DNA from: a virus
Strand: one strand, 5' to 3'
DNA: 64,000 nucleotides
IMG/VR virus record: IMGVR_UViG_3300044837_000085
Span: 32,001 to 96,000 of that record
Part shown: positions 19,953 through 29,468 of the stretch, in pieces
Layout: each line of letters opens with the position of its first letter
Numbering within the stretch: position 1 is the stretch's first letter
Program-made: the position numbers and the translations under genes
The notes under the pieces: model-generated
What the model was told of the DNA's origin: nothing
The model's input: only the letters and a program-made list of their open reading frames with translations
The model's database searches: none

Positions 19953-20344
19953 CATGCTTATCCGGTTAACGCACACAAACTCTGAGGCATACTAAATGTT
20001 GAGATGGTGTTGGCATCGATGGGAGAAACGACCGAGCGAGTTAGGTTGCTACGGTATGGGGCTTGAAACATTCGAGATGCAGCAGTGCGCAAAATGCCAT
20101 CATTGGCGAGATCGTTTGAAAGGCTTAAAGCCCGATGGCCGAAGCCGTTATTCATGGGAGTGGACAGATCGTCCAGCCGTCAATTGGCGAACTCTGCCCA
20201 AGTCTGAACTTGCCGAATTATCATGCATCATCGATTGCCGGGATGGCGCGGTCATGAGCGAACGAGACGAGGCGATTCAGAAAGCGCGGAAAGAGTGTCA
20301 TGACCACAACATCTAGGGCTGTGTGCCCAAACCGGATAAGCATG
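19953..20344. mobile_element. Non-autonomous IS1595-like cassette (392 bp)
   Basis: Perfect 15-bp TIR CATGCTTATCCGGTT extended by GCACACA; 8-bp TSD AATCGTTT at 19945 and 20345; no transposase. Confidence 0.88.
19996..20316 (+). CDS. Cargo ORF of the 392-bp element (Cys/Trp-rich, possible Zn binding)
   Basis: GAGG RBS; CWHRW...CAKC; fills the element. Confidence 0.6.
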   Translation: MLRWCWHRWEKRPSELGCYGMGLETFEMQQCAKCHHWRDRLKGLKPDGRSRYSWEWTDRPAVNWRTLPKSELAELSCIIDCRDGAVMSERDEAIQKARKECHDHNI

Positions 20345-20779
20345 AATCGTTTTGTTGCCGATGAATTGACGCGCACTCACAAAGAGCGCCGCGACTGGTG
20401 GAGCGAATTATCTAAGGATACTGGGATCGACCCAGCGAAAAACTATGTGTTCGACATAAGGACTAGATCAATAGTTGAGCAAAAAAAGCCCGATCCTCCG
20501 TCTCCACAGGAAGGCGGGGAAGCCCATGAGTGACATGCATTATGACGATCATCTTGACGGCGAATGCTGGCAGTGCGGCGGCGAAGGCCGCGTGGCCGGA
20601 ACCTGCATCGATGGCTGCTGTCTGGAACAGGATGATCCGGACTGCCCGTATTGCTCGCGTCGCTGTGACGTTTGCAATCCGCCAACGCCAGAACAGGTCA
20701 AGCGCGGCAATGAGCTGCGACAAATCCTAGCGGATGCGCTCAATGCTGTGTCCTCACCACTGAACCCGGAGAAATAAGG

Positions 20780-21292
20780 ATGATGGCAAAAACCAAAGCG
20801 CTTCCATGGACTATTCTCGGCCGAGAAATAGGAACGGCGACTGGCTGGGACCAAGCAGATACATTCATCATGCAACTGTACGATTTCATGCCTGCGGCTG
20901 GTGTTGACCTTCCATCAGGAACCATCTCCATAAATTTCGAGACCGGCATGGTTGAGAGCTGGGACGATAATGGGCAGATCATCAAGGCCAGGGATATCGT
21001 TACGGCCGTCTGCGCGCTTTCGTGTTTTTCACAGAAGCCGCCAGTGAGTAGGGAAATGGAGAAATACGTCGAGATTCGCCCCGTAGTAATGGAAGGCTCG
21101 CCGGATGCCCACAATGTCTTCTTAAAGGTGACAAACCAGAGCTTTTGCGTCACGCCATACGGCTGCGAGACAAAAGAAGATGCTGAGTGGAGCCGCGACA
21201 TGCTCTGCGTGGCGCTCGAAAAAATCGTGGCTGACGCGGGGGCCGGCGATAATGTGTCCGAACCACCTACCCCGGAGAGCGGCAATGGGTGA
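20780..21292 (+). CDS. Hypothetical phage protein
   Basis: 170-aa ORF with RBS in the early operon. Confidence 0.55.
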   Translation: MMAKTKALPWTILGREIGTATGWDQADTFIMQLYDFMPAAGVDLPSGTISINFETGMVESWDDNGQIIKARDIVTAVCALSCFSQKPPVSREMEKYVEIRPVVMEGSPDAHNVFLKVTNQSFCVTPYGCETKEDAEWSRDMLCVALEKIVADAGAGDNVSEPPTPESGNG

Positions 21293-21408
21293 GAGTTTTT
21301 TCACAATTTGGGAGCGCGTCATCAAAATTCGCTTTTGTCCCCGGTGCCGCCTTCAGTCAGCGGAAGCCTTGGCGATTGATTGTGTCTGTGACTTTGCTGA
21401 AAAAGAAC

Positions 21409-21486
21409 GCGCTCGTAGCTCAGCCGGATTAGAGCAGCCGCCTTCTAAGCGGCAGGTCGCAGGTTCGACTCCCGCCGAGCGCACCA
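21409..21486 (+). tRNA. tRNA-Arg (anticodon TCT)
   Basis: GCGCTCG/CGAGCGC acceptor stem, TAGCTCAG D arm, GCCGC-CTTCTAA-GCGGC anticodon arm, GGTTCGACT T loop, encoded CCA. Confidence 0.95.
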
Positions 21487-21609
21487 CGAAATCAGCCCCA
21501 GCGGATGGAGCGTCTCATCTTCGCGTTGAGCGTGATCCGTCAGAAATGCCGGATTCCCCTGGGGCTGATACCCACTCTCGCGCAGTTGTGGGAAATGCGG
21601 GGAAGCCCC

Positions 21610-21843
21610 ATGAGTGAGTCCAATCTTCTACCCTGCCCGTTCTGTGGCGGCGAGGCCCGACTAATCACCGGCCAGCACAACTTCGTTGATGCGCAAGTTA
21701 GTTGCTTGGACTGCGGTACATCAGGCCCGGACTTCGATCATGATCCGGCAATAGGCGCTTTCGATCATGATCCAAGCACGTCGGCGGCTAAGCATTGGAA
21801 CACTCGCATCAATGGTGAGCGAACTACACCGGGGAAGCCATGA
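21610..21843 (+). CDS. Lar-family restriction alleviation protein
   Basis: LLPCPFCGG...CLDC...AKHWNTR. Confidence 0.8.
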   Translation: MSESNLLPCPFCGGEARLITGQHNFVDAQVSCLDCGTSGPDFDHDPAIGAFDHDPSTSAAKHWNTRINGERTTPGKP

Positions 21844-21880
21844 GCCCTGATCGCCGCATGACGCTAAAGCAGGCCGCCGA

Positions 21881-22444
21881 ATGAGCCGCGCCGTCACTTT
21901 CACGCAGGCCCAGGTGCGCCGCGCCGTCAAGGCTGCGGAGAGCGCCGGGCTGCGCGTGCAGTCGATCACCATCGAACCCGATGGGACGGTGAATGCAGAC
22001 GGTCCACTCCTGCACCGGCCTGATCGATTCTTTGAATTAGACAGGGCGGCCGCCTATTGCCGTAGTCGGCCAGATCAATTCAAGGCCATGATCAAGGTGG
22101 GTATATTTCCGCAGCACGGGCCAAAAAAGCTATGGGACCGTAAGCTGCTCGATACTTCACTTAAATCCGCAACGCCTGAGGTCAGGCCGGGCGGTGGCCG
22201 AGTTTACTTTCTAGCCGTTGATAAGTTCATCAAGATCGGGTTTTCCGCTGGTGGCACCCTGGGACGGGTTGCTCAGATGCAAACCGGGTCGCCATTTGAA
22301 ATTGTTTTAATCGCGGATGTGCCCGGTACCGAACAAGCCGAGCAAGCCCTGCACGATAAATTCAAATTCCTGCATGAGCGCGGCGAATGGTTCAGGCGAG
22401 ACGCCGGACTGTTGGCTTACATCGACTGGTTGCAAGGCAAATGA
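21881..22444 (+). CDS. Excisionase-like N-terminus fused to a T5orf172/GIY-YIG-like domain
   Basis: FTQAQVRRAVKA...PDG; VYFL...IKIGFS...MQTGSP...LH...GEWF. Confidence 0.75.
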   Translation: MSRAVTFTQAQVRRAVKAAESAGLRVQSITIEPDGTVNADGPLLHRPDRFFELDRAAAYCRSRPDQFKAMIKVGIFPQHGPKKLWDRKLLDTSLKSATPEVRPGGGRVYFLAVDKFIKIGFSAGGTLGRVAQMQTGSPFEIVLIADVPGTEQAEQALHDKFKFLHERGEWFRRDAGLLAYIDWLQGK

Positions 22445-22659
22445 CCCGCACCATCCCCTTCACCGCAGCGTCGCTTGCCAGAGCCATCAAAGGCGTTGAG
22501 CTGGCGGGCCGGTTTGTCGTCGGCGTCAAGCCTGACGGCACCCTGATCGTGGGGGATAAGCCCGTCGAAACCACTTCCTTAGTTCCGGCAGTTGAGCAAC
22601 CCTCACCCCGAAAATTCGGGGAGAAACTAGGTGGTCAAGGTGCATCTGGCAGGGCTTAA
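22441..22659 (+). CDS. Putative excisionase-like protein
   Basis: MTRTIPFTAASLARAIKG...KPDG; overlaps the integrase start. Confidence 0.55.
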   Translation: MTRTIPFTAASLARAIKGVELAGRFVVGVKPDGTLIVGDKPVETTSLVPAVEQPSPRKFGEKLGGQGASGRA

Positions 22660-23773
22660 AATCGTCCGCTCCAAGGGCAAATATTACGTCTATGTCCGGG
22701 CGACTGGAAAGGCGTTGCTGCGCGGGTTCGATGGCGACGAGGCGGCCCTACGCAAGCGCCTAGCGCTACCTGACATGATCGGCGCCTACAATGCCCCACG
22801 CAAGCGCGAGACGTATCCGGAGAAGACGCTAGGCTGGCTAGTGGCATGGTTCACCGATTCCGAGAAGTGCGACGAGTTCAAGAACTTGAGCGCGAGCAGC
22901 CAGGATCAGTACGGCGATGGCCTTCGATATCTTGAACCCGAATTTGACTTCCCCCTTGCCGACCTGACCGCAGCCGGCGTCTATGCAGTCCGCGACCGTT
23001 GCATCAAGGATAAGTGGCCGGTCTTTGCTGATAAGATGGTGACGGCGCTCTCGACCATGTTCAATCTCGCGGTGCAGCGTGGCTGGATGCCGACCAATCC
23101 AGCGCTGGGCATCAGGCGGGCCTACAAGTCAGACCCGAACGCCAACCGGGAATGGCGCCCTGAGGAATGGCAAACCGTAAAAGAGCGCGCGCCCCTCGCG
23201 TTGCTAATCCCGTACATGCTGGCACGGCACGTCGGATATCGCAGTCAAAGCGTCGTCGCCGTGGCGTGGCCGAACTACCAGCCAGACCCCCGGTTCGGCA
23301 TGTGCTTCCGGATGCGCCACAAGAAGAACGCCGAGGAGCATTGGCTGCCGGCGTCGCCAGAGATTCAGATGTTCCTCGCGTCGCTCAAGGTCCGCACGCC
23401 GGATGGGCCGATCGCGCTGAAGCGCAACGGTAAGCCTTGGGACAGCGAGGAGCAGCTACAGAAGCGCTCCAGCAACTTTCTGACCGGGCTGGCGCGCAAG
23501 GGACTGGTTGGGCCGGGGCTGACCGAGCACGGCCTGCGGGCAACGTTCGCGGCCGAGATCAAGCGCCTGACCGGCGCCAATGACGACCAGGTGGCTGCCG
23601 CCCTCGGGGACCGCGACGTTCGCATGGGCGCGCATTACACGCGCCACGTTAAGCAGGAGAACAAAATCCTTTTCCTGTGGGCACAGCGAACGAGAACAGA
23701 ACGAGATTTGGAAAACCGGAGCACTCAGGTTTTCCAGCAAGGCGAAAATGATGGTAATATCAGCGGCTTATAG
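22631..23773 (+). CDS. int: Tyrosine integrase
   Basis: NPA, GYR, HKK, HGLR, LGDR, AHY catalytic motifs. Confidence 0.93.
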   Translation: MVKVHLAGLKIVRSKGKYYVYVRATGKALLRGFDGDEAALRKRLALPDMIGAYNAPRKRETYPEKTLGWLVAWFTDSEKCDEFKNLSASSQDQYGDGLRYLEPEFDFPLADLTAAGVYAVRDRCIKDKWPVFADKMVTALSTMFNLAVQRGWMPTNPALGIRRAYKSDPNANREWRPEEWQTVKERAPLALLIPYMLARHVGYRSQSVVAVAWPNYQPDPRFGMCFRMRHKKNAEEHWLPASPEIQMFLASLKVRTPDGPIALKRNGKPWDSEEQLQKRSSNFLTGLARKGLVGPGLTEHGLRATFAAEIKRLTGANDDQVAAALGDRDVRMGAHYTRHVKQENKILFLWAQRTRTERDLENRSTQVFQQGENDGNISGL

Positions 23774-23890
23774 CAATGAAGAGGACGCTGAGAATGTTAT
23801 CCTATCCCTGTTTTTACTGATATTTTTTGGAAAACCGCCATGGCGCGACCCACTAGAAGTCCCGTGAACAAAGACAGATTTGGAAAACCG
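23705..23890. other. Putative attP region
   Basis: TTTGGAAAACCG at 23707, 23826 and 23879, inverted GGTTTTCCA at 23728, IHF-like TATCAGCGGCTTA at 23758. Confidence 0.65.
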
Positions 23891-24885
23891 AAACATGCAG
23901 AGAACAATGGACGAGATCAAGGCGCTGACGCCGGAACAGAAGAATTGAAATCGGTCGAAAGGCCGCTCAGGGCGGCAGGAGGATGACGATGAAGATGACG
24001 AGAGGCGACTTGAGGAACGCGACCAAATGGAGCTCCCAGCTCGACCCCAAGCCGAGCGCGACGCGGAGAACCTGCTGCCCTTCAACGTAGTCGGGATTGT
24101 CATAGACACCGGCGAAGGTGGCCTGAAACCTCACCGTATTGAGCGGGGCGGCGGTACGGGCACCGGCACGATATCTCATATTAGTTGGGCTGACGATTTG
24201 CAGCGGGAGTTCACGAATGCACTGCACCGGGTATTCCAGCAACGTGTTTTGGATGCCGAAAAGGAATTAGCCTCCCTCGGCATTGAGACGGCTGCCTAGT
24301 CCGGCAAGGAAGGCACAACATGGCGAAGCGTAAGGAACATCTGCCGGTACGCCGGGTGGCTGGCAAGGCCCGGAAGCCTAAGCCGGTTATGGCCTGGGGC
24401 GGGTTCGTTGACGGCAAGCTGTGCGAATGGCTGAGCGGGTTCTACGACGTGGAGCACCTATCGGTCTTCCGGACGCGGCGGGACGCTAGGCGATGCTGTG
24501 AGGACGTTCGGCGGGTTGAAATCCGGATAGTCCGGTAGTTTGGCAAGGAGATCGCCAGTGCCCCTTGAATTGATCCCGGTTTTCGCGGTGGAGACAATCT
24601 TGATTTGGCTGTTTCTCCGCTGGGTTTTTAGCCACTAGGCAAGGGGATCGAGGAACTGAGGCATGACGAGACCCGGAACATTCAAGGATCACGTTCGCCA
24701 AGCCTTCACTGAGGCTGTGGAGAACGGCCGCGAGGTCGAGCGGCTGCTAAAGCTGATCCAATGGTGCAGGCCGCGCCTTACCAGAGATTGCTACCGCGAG
24801 TATGTCGATAAATGTTTGGCTGATCCGTCGCTGCTTGACCCTGATCCGGACATGCAGGGCAAGATGACGAACGGTAGCTAAAGCG

Positions 24886-25377
24886 GTGATCAGTAGGCAC
24901 CACCACACCGCGGCAACATTGGAGAGACCTATGGCTGATGCAAAACCAAAGACTTCGACCTTCACGATCCACCACGACCGCTGCAAGCCCAACGATTGGT
25001 CGCTGGCGCAATGGAAGCTGCTGCAAGATTTCATCCGGGAGCCGCTAATGCAAAGAGCGGCGGCGCTTTCCCGGCTTGGCATTCAGTTGGTGCTGTCGGA
25101 GCACCACGAACCGCTTGGCGGGTCTCTTGAGAGCTTCGGATGGACGGATGATCGAGGGATGCCCCACCCCGACAGCATTAGCGACGACCTGAACGACATT
25201 GCCGAGGACGATATAACCCCCGTTGTCGAGGTCTATCGAGGGCCGACCAAGTACGCAGTCCGATTCGGCGTCGATGACGGCCATGGCGAGTTCGGCGGGT
25301 ATGAGTTCGAGATCAAGGAGACCGAGGCGGAAGCCGAGGAGTTCCTAAAATCGCTACATGAGCCGGAAACGGTCTGA
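24886..25377 (+). CDS. Hypothetical acidic phage protein
   Basis: ORF with GGAGA RBS before an internal ATG. Confidence 0.55.
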   Translation: MISRHHHTAATLERPMADAKPKTSTFTIHHDRCKPNDWSLAQWKLLQDFIREPLMQRAAALSRLGIQLVLSEHHEPLGGSLESFGWTDDRGMPHPDSISDDLNDIAEDDITPVVEVYRGPTKYAVRFGVDDGHGEFGGYEFEIKETEAEAEEFLKSLHEPETV

Positions 25378-25800
25378 TGCTTTCGAATGGTCACCATGGA
25401 GGTGAGGCGTGAAGGGTACATTTGAAGGGCTAGACATAATCGCCAAGCTTCGAATTTCTGCGCAAGATGGCCGGGAGATCATCGAGCCATGGCAGATGGA
25501 CCCGAACCTTTATGATGAAGCGGCCGATGAAATCGAGCGATTGAGGAAGATGGCCATCGATATGCAGGAAATCAAACTGATCGCCAGCGATTGGCGCTAT
25601 TCGTCAGAGGCGGTCGGGATCGCATTCCGCAATAGGCTGAGACTATCAACAGACACCGAGAGCGTGACGTGAGAGACAGCGGCGGCACCTATAGCCGTCG
25701 CGGGGAGTCGCCGCATACAAATGCCACTCAGCCCGGCGGCTCCCCAAATTCTCACTCAGCGATCCTGACCGACAACGAATGGTCACCATGGAGGTGAAAC

Positions 25801-26142
25801 GTGAAACTTGATCGGCACATCAACATCGATAAGCGCGGCAAGTATGCGCTCCTGAAACTGCGGCGGCTGGACGACTGGCTGCAAAGCGGCGCTTTCGCGG
25901 AGGTGCCACAATCAATCCAGGATGCCCTCAAGACCCTGGAGGGCGCGGGTATGGTCGATTATGGGACCTCCGGCACGGAATCCGAGTTCTTCGTGATGAG
26001 GCTCAAGGACAAGTACGCCGCCAGTGGCCTCTACGGTTACGCCAATGCGGCGTATATCGACGATCCGGAGTATGCCGAGGAAGTTGAGGGTCTGGCGCGG
26101 CGCGCTGGACCGGCAAGCCCGTTCTGCAAAAAGCCGGACTGA
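25801..26142 (+). CDS. Conserved hypothetical phage protein
   Basis: GGAGGT RBS; GKYALL...EFFVMRLKDKYA...CKKPD. Confidence 0.65.
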   Translation: MKLDRHINIDKRGKYALLKLRRLDDWLQSGAFAEVPQSIQDALKTLEGAGMVDYGTSGTESEFFVMRLKDKYAASGLYGYANAAYIDDPEYAEEVEGLARRAGPASPFCKKPD

Positions 26143-26173
26143 TTGTGCTGACAGATCATCGATGGACTGAGGC

Positions 26174-26599
26174 ATGAAGAAAATTGAAAGCTACTCGGAC
26201 GTTATCAGGGGCACGGTTACCTATGAGATCGGCGGTGGTCGATATATTACTCTCGACACGCGCACCGTTCAGGAATTTGGGCTCGCTAAGGTGATGGAAT
26301 CCTACGGCGTGGAAATACCGACAGAGCGGGTTCCGGTAATGCGATATGGGCGTCGCGTCGGCACCGTACCGGGGGACTTCGATCTGTCGTTTGCGCGCAG
26401 CCGATCGCCATTCTATGACGTGAGGCCGGGCGACCTTACCCGCCAAGGTGATGTTTGGGTCGCAGCTCGAAACATGGGCGCGAGCGATCTGGATTGCCTA
26501 ATCGGCTTCAGACGCGATGACAGCATTGAGCATGAGAAGCGCCAGGAAGAGATTCGGGATGAGACGCTGACCGCGCTTGGCGTCCCACTACCCCGATGA
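26174..26599 (+). CDS. Hypothetical phage protein
   Basis: 141-aa ORF, GAGG RBS. Confidence 0.55.
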   Translation: MKKIESYSDVIRGTVTYEIGGGRYITLDTRTVQEFGLAKVMESYGVEIPTERVPVMRYGRRVGTVPGDFDLSFARSRSPFYDVRPGDLTRQGDVWVAARNMGASDLDCLIGFRRDDSIEHEKRQEEIRDETLTALGVPLPR

Positions 26600-27012
26600 T
26601 GAGCAGTCACGGAGGATGGCATGGCATTCAACGGCGAGGGCACTTGCTCAGAATGTTACGAGGGTGGATATAAGGACGCCTTTGAAACGGTCATTGAGCA
26701 CTTCAAGAAGTCACAGGCGTTCTATAGCGGGCACGGAGATGTAATTGCCGCCGAGGTAGAGGCTCTGTTGAAGACCGAACTACCCTACTCCTAAGCGACA
26801 ACCGAGGAAGCCCCATGGATAGAGAGACCGCAATCGAATTGCTCAAGATGGAGCAGAGGAACGGCGACACTGAAGCGGCTCATTCAAACGCCGATGGTGT
26901 TCTGTGTGAACTCCTGAAGGCTCTCGGCTATGGGGATGTTGTGGACGAGTATATCCAAGTCGAGAAGTGGTTCGCCTGACGCCACACCCTCGCGCTGCTG
27001 GCCAATGAGAGG

Positions 27013-27118
27013 GACACCCGATGGAGTCGAACCATCCGTCGAACTCGGCAGAACGGCGATCAACCCGAACCGCAATGAGCCGCCCGCCCATGGCAAGCCA
27101 TTTTCCGGCGGAAGTGTC
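27013..27118 (-). ncRNA. tRNA-like RNA candidate (acceptor stem plus canonical T arm)
   Basis: GACACUU/GGGUGUC stem stacked on GAUGG-UUCGACU-CCAUC; intergenic; no canonical D or anticodon arm. Confidence 0.5.
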
Positions 27119-27140
27119 TGAGACGATGCCTATCACAAAC

Positions 27141-27180
27141 AAAAAGGCCGCGCCATCCCGAAGGACAGCGCGGCCAGTTT
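27141..27180 (-). terminator. Intrinsic terminator of the late operon
   Basis: GGCCGCGC stem followed by TTTTTGTTT on the minus strand. Confidence 0.8.
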
Positions 27181-27244
27181 CAACAGAGTGCCAGAGGGAG
27201 GAAATCTGGCAAGCTACCGCCGGAAGGGAATCCAGGCGGATTGG

Positions 27245-27616
27245 TTAGAGGGCTGCGGGCTTATTGACGTAGCCGTTCGCCTGACGCTGTACCCCGGCTG
27301 AGTTTGTGTATTGCAGGACCACGGTGTTCTGCCCGCTCCGCATTGCGGTACGCGGCCATGTGAACATGCAATAGTACTTTGGACAGGTGATGAGGAGTTT
27401 GCCATTCCCGTAGATCGAGATCGACTTCACTCCGGCCGGATCGACAATGTTCGCCAACATGAACACGTCGTGGTTAGCATCCATGTTCATTGGCATCGAT
27501 AGGATAACAGGATTTGGTCCGCCCACGTTGTTGCCGATTGTATTATAAACCAGCGCATTATCGGCAAGCGCGGGACCAGCGAGCAGCAGCATAAAAACGG
27601 CGGCGAGTTTCTTCAT
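27245..27616 (-). CDS. Secreted Ig-like domain protein
   Basis: Signal peptide MKKLAAVFMLLLAGPALA; beta-rich mature region. Confidence 0.65.
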   Translation of the reverse strand: MKKLAAVFMLLLAGPALADNALVYNTIGNNVGGPNPVILSMPMNMDANHDVFMLANIVDPAGVKSISIYGNGKLLITCPKYYCMFTWPRTAMRSGQNTVVLQYTNSAGVQRQANGYVNKPAAL

Positions 27617-28050
27617 GCTTGTTTCCTTCTAGCAGGGTGACCGTGCTTGGCTATCTGTTCGCGCATCCGATCTGACGCCTTGGCGCGCTCCCCTGGTCTC
27701 TGGTAGCGCCGCCACGCGGCCTCACTCCTGTTCTGGCGCTCGGTCTCCGATGCATAGCGGCGCTTTGCCGCCGCACTCAACTTGGCTCGGTGCTCAGGAG
27801 ACCAGCGCACGGCCCTCTTGGGCTGAGGTTTCTTGACACACCCAGTGATCCGGTGGAGGCAGCCGCAGTGCGTGGCGGCCCCGGAGATTAAATTGGAGAC
27901 GTAGATCACGCGTTCGTTGCCGCATATGCATAGACAACGCCATACCTTCCCTTTGTGCCGGCCGACGACTTCCAGACAGCCAAACATCGCTCCGGTCAAG
28001 TTGCGTCGCGGCGGCTTCCCATCAGACCAGATATGCCCCATGGCAAGCAC
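27613..28050 (-). CDS. Homing-endonuclease-associated DNA-binding protein (NUMOD3-like)
   Basis: LTGAMFG...WRCLCICG...CGC; SPEHRAKLS. Confidence 0.6.
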   Translation of the reverse strand: MLAMGHIWSDGKPPRRNLTGAMFGCLEVVGRHKGKVWRCLCICGNERVIYVSNLISGAATHCGCLHRITGCVKKPQPKRAVRWSPEHRAKLSAAAKRRYASETERQNRSEAAWRRYQRPGERAKASDRMREQIAKHGHPARRKQA

Positions 28051-28562
28051 TACGTCAGCATCCCAGATTCTCGCCGCGCGAAATACTCATGCGAAACCCG
28101 GAGCCAGTACCGCGCCCTTTCAAGCGGGACGTGGTTTTCTCTGTGATGGTGCAGCCCCGATAGCCGCGCCGTATCCATGATGGAACCCGGCGGATGCCTG
28201 GGAAAGGCCGCAATCAACGTTCCCCAACTCGGCCGCCGGTTTATCGCGTAAATCGCATGGAGCCTGCGTATTTCGTGATTGGTCCATGTGGCGTATTTCA
28301 TTTGCAGGGATCAGGCTTCCCGGCGCTGTAAGCCTCACTCATAGCCTGATATCGTCCCCCGCCCTTGCATAGTTGTTTCCATTTCTTTAGCTGCTGGCGG
28401 TCGAGATAGGCTTTGCTGAACGTCCCAAAGACCGGCTGTCCGTCGAACATATCAGCCCTCGCCTGCACGCAGGTTGCGACAAGCAGACAGGCCGCGAATA
28501 TCAGAACGGTCCAGCGCATGACGGCCTCGATTGTGATATGATGATTTGAGCAGGCGGCACAA

Positions 28563-29063
28563 ATGGTCTACTTTCGCAGCATAGTTAGAAGCCGAGGAAA
28601 GAAGCGCCCGAAAGTGACAGACGCTGAACAGCAATTATTTGAGACTGCCGCAACCGAACCAGCCGCCAAGCCGTCCCGGCAGCGCTGCACATATTGCGAT
28701 CGCGAGATGATCCGGCGTCGCGTCGCGTTCGGCAAAGTACATATTGGCCTCGCTAAGACGAAGGATCACGTTTTCCCCTATTCGCGCGGGGGCCGTAAAA
28801 CTGTTCCGGCGTGCTATGCGTGCAACCACGCTAAAAGCGACATGCCCCCGGAGATTTGGGAACTGTTCATGGCGGACAACCCGTCATGGTGGCTGCTGGA
28901 GAAGAAGGATTTGAGGAAGGCGCGAAAGAAGGCCATCCTAGCGACCGCTGAATTTAAGCGCGTGGCAATGACGGTCCCGCCGCCAGCAGTAGACGATCAC
29001 AGCGCCCTGAGAGAGCATTGGATTTTTATAGTGCGCTGCATGCGGCAGTCCCCAACCCCATAA
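28563..29063 (+). CDS. HNH endonuclease, counter-oriented
   Basis: CTYC...TKDHVFPYSRGG...ACYACNHAK. Confidence 0.85.
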   Translation: MVYFRSIVRSRGKKRPKVTDAEQQLFETAATEPAAKPSRQRCTYCDREMIRRRVAFGKVHIGLAKTKDHVFPYSRGGRKTVPACYACNHAKSDMPPEIWELFMADNPSWWLLEKKDLRKARKKAILATAEFKRVAMTVPPPAVDDHSALREHWIFIVRCMRQSPTP

Positions 29064-29102
29064 ACCGGCGGCCGGGCGGGGTGATGCTCCCGCCCGGTAG
29101 TG

Positions 29103-29468
29103 TTACGGAGACGGCGTAAGGTTCGGTGTCGCCGGATTAGCCGTCACGGCAGAATCCACAGCATCCGCGGTGCTCGTCAGCGCAGTAACGACATCGTTGA
29201 TGGCACTCTGCGTTGCGGGATCTTGCGTCGGGATTGCCGCTAGCTGCGCGGCAAGCGCGGTGTTCTGGTCCTTTAGGGCCTGTAGCGCTGCAAGTGCGGC
29301 AGTATCGCTGGCCTGCAACCGCGCAGCAACAGCTTGTAGTGCAGATACGTCGATCATGATGGTCTCCTGGTTCTTGAGTATGAGGTCCGTTGAATGCTGG
29401 ATAACCTCAAGCCGGTTTAGGACCACAGTATCCGGCAGGAAGTGGTGATAGACATCTATCTTGATCAT
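29103..29468 (-). CDS. Ala-rich coiled-coil protein
   Basis: ORF in late orientation. Confidence 0.55.
   Translation of the reverse strand: MIKIDVYHHFLPDTVVLNRLEVIQHSTDLILKNQETIMIDVSALQAVAARLQASDTAALAALQALKDQNTALAAQLAAIPTQDPATQSAINDVVTALTSTADAVDSAVTANPATPNLTPSP

Larger units (their letters stand above)
19759..20533 (+). pseudogene. Phage gene interrupted by the 392-bp element
   Basis: Excision restores ...MQENVNRF|VADELTRTHK... in frame. Confidence 0.85.

Noticed and set aside
21409-21486. tRNA as attL/attR
   Set aside because: No duplicated tRNA 3' end seen, and phage genes continue on both sides
23895-24299. In-frame TGA at 23946 as stop-codon recoding
   Set aside because: Single case; TGA terminates many genes here, so a pseudogene or two short ORFs is simpler
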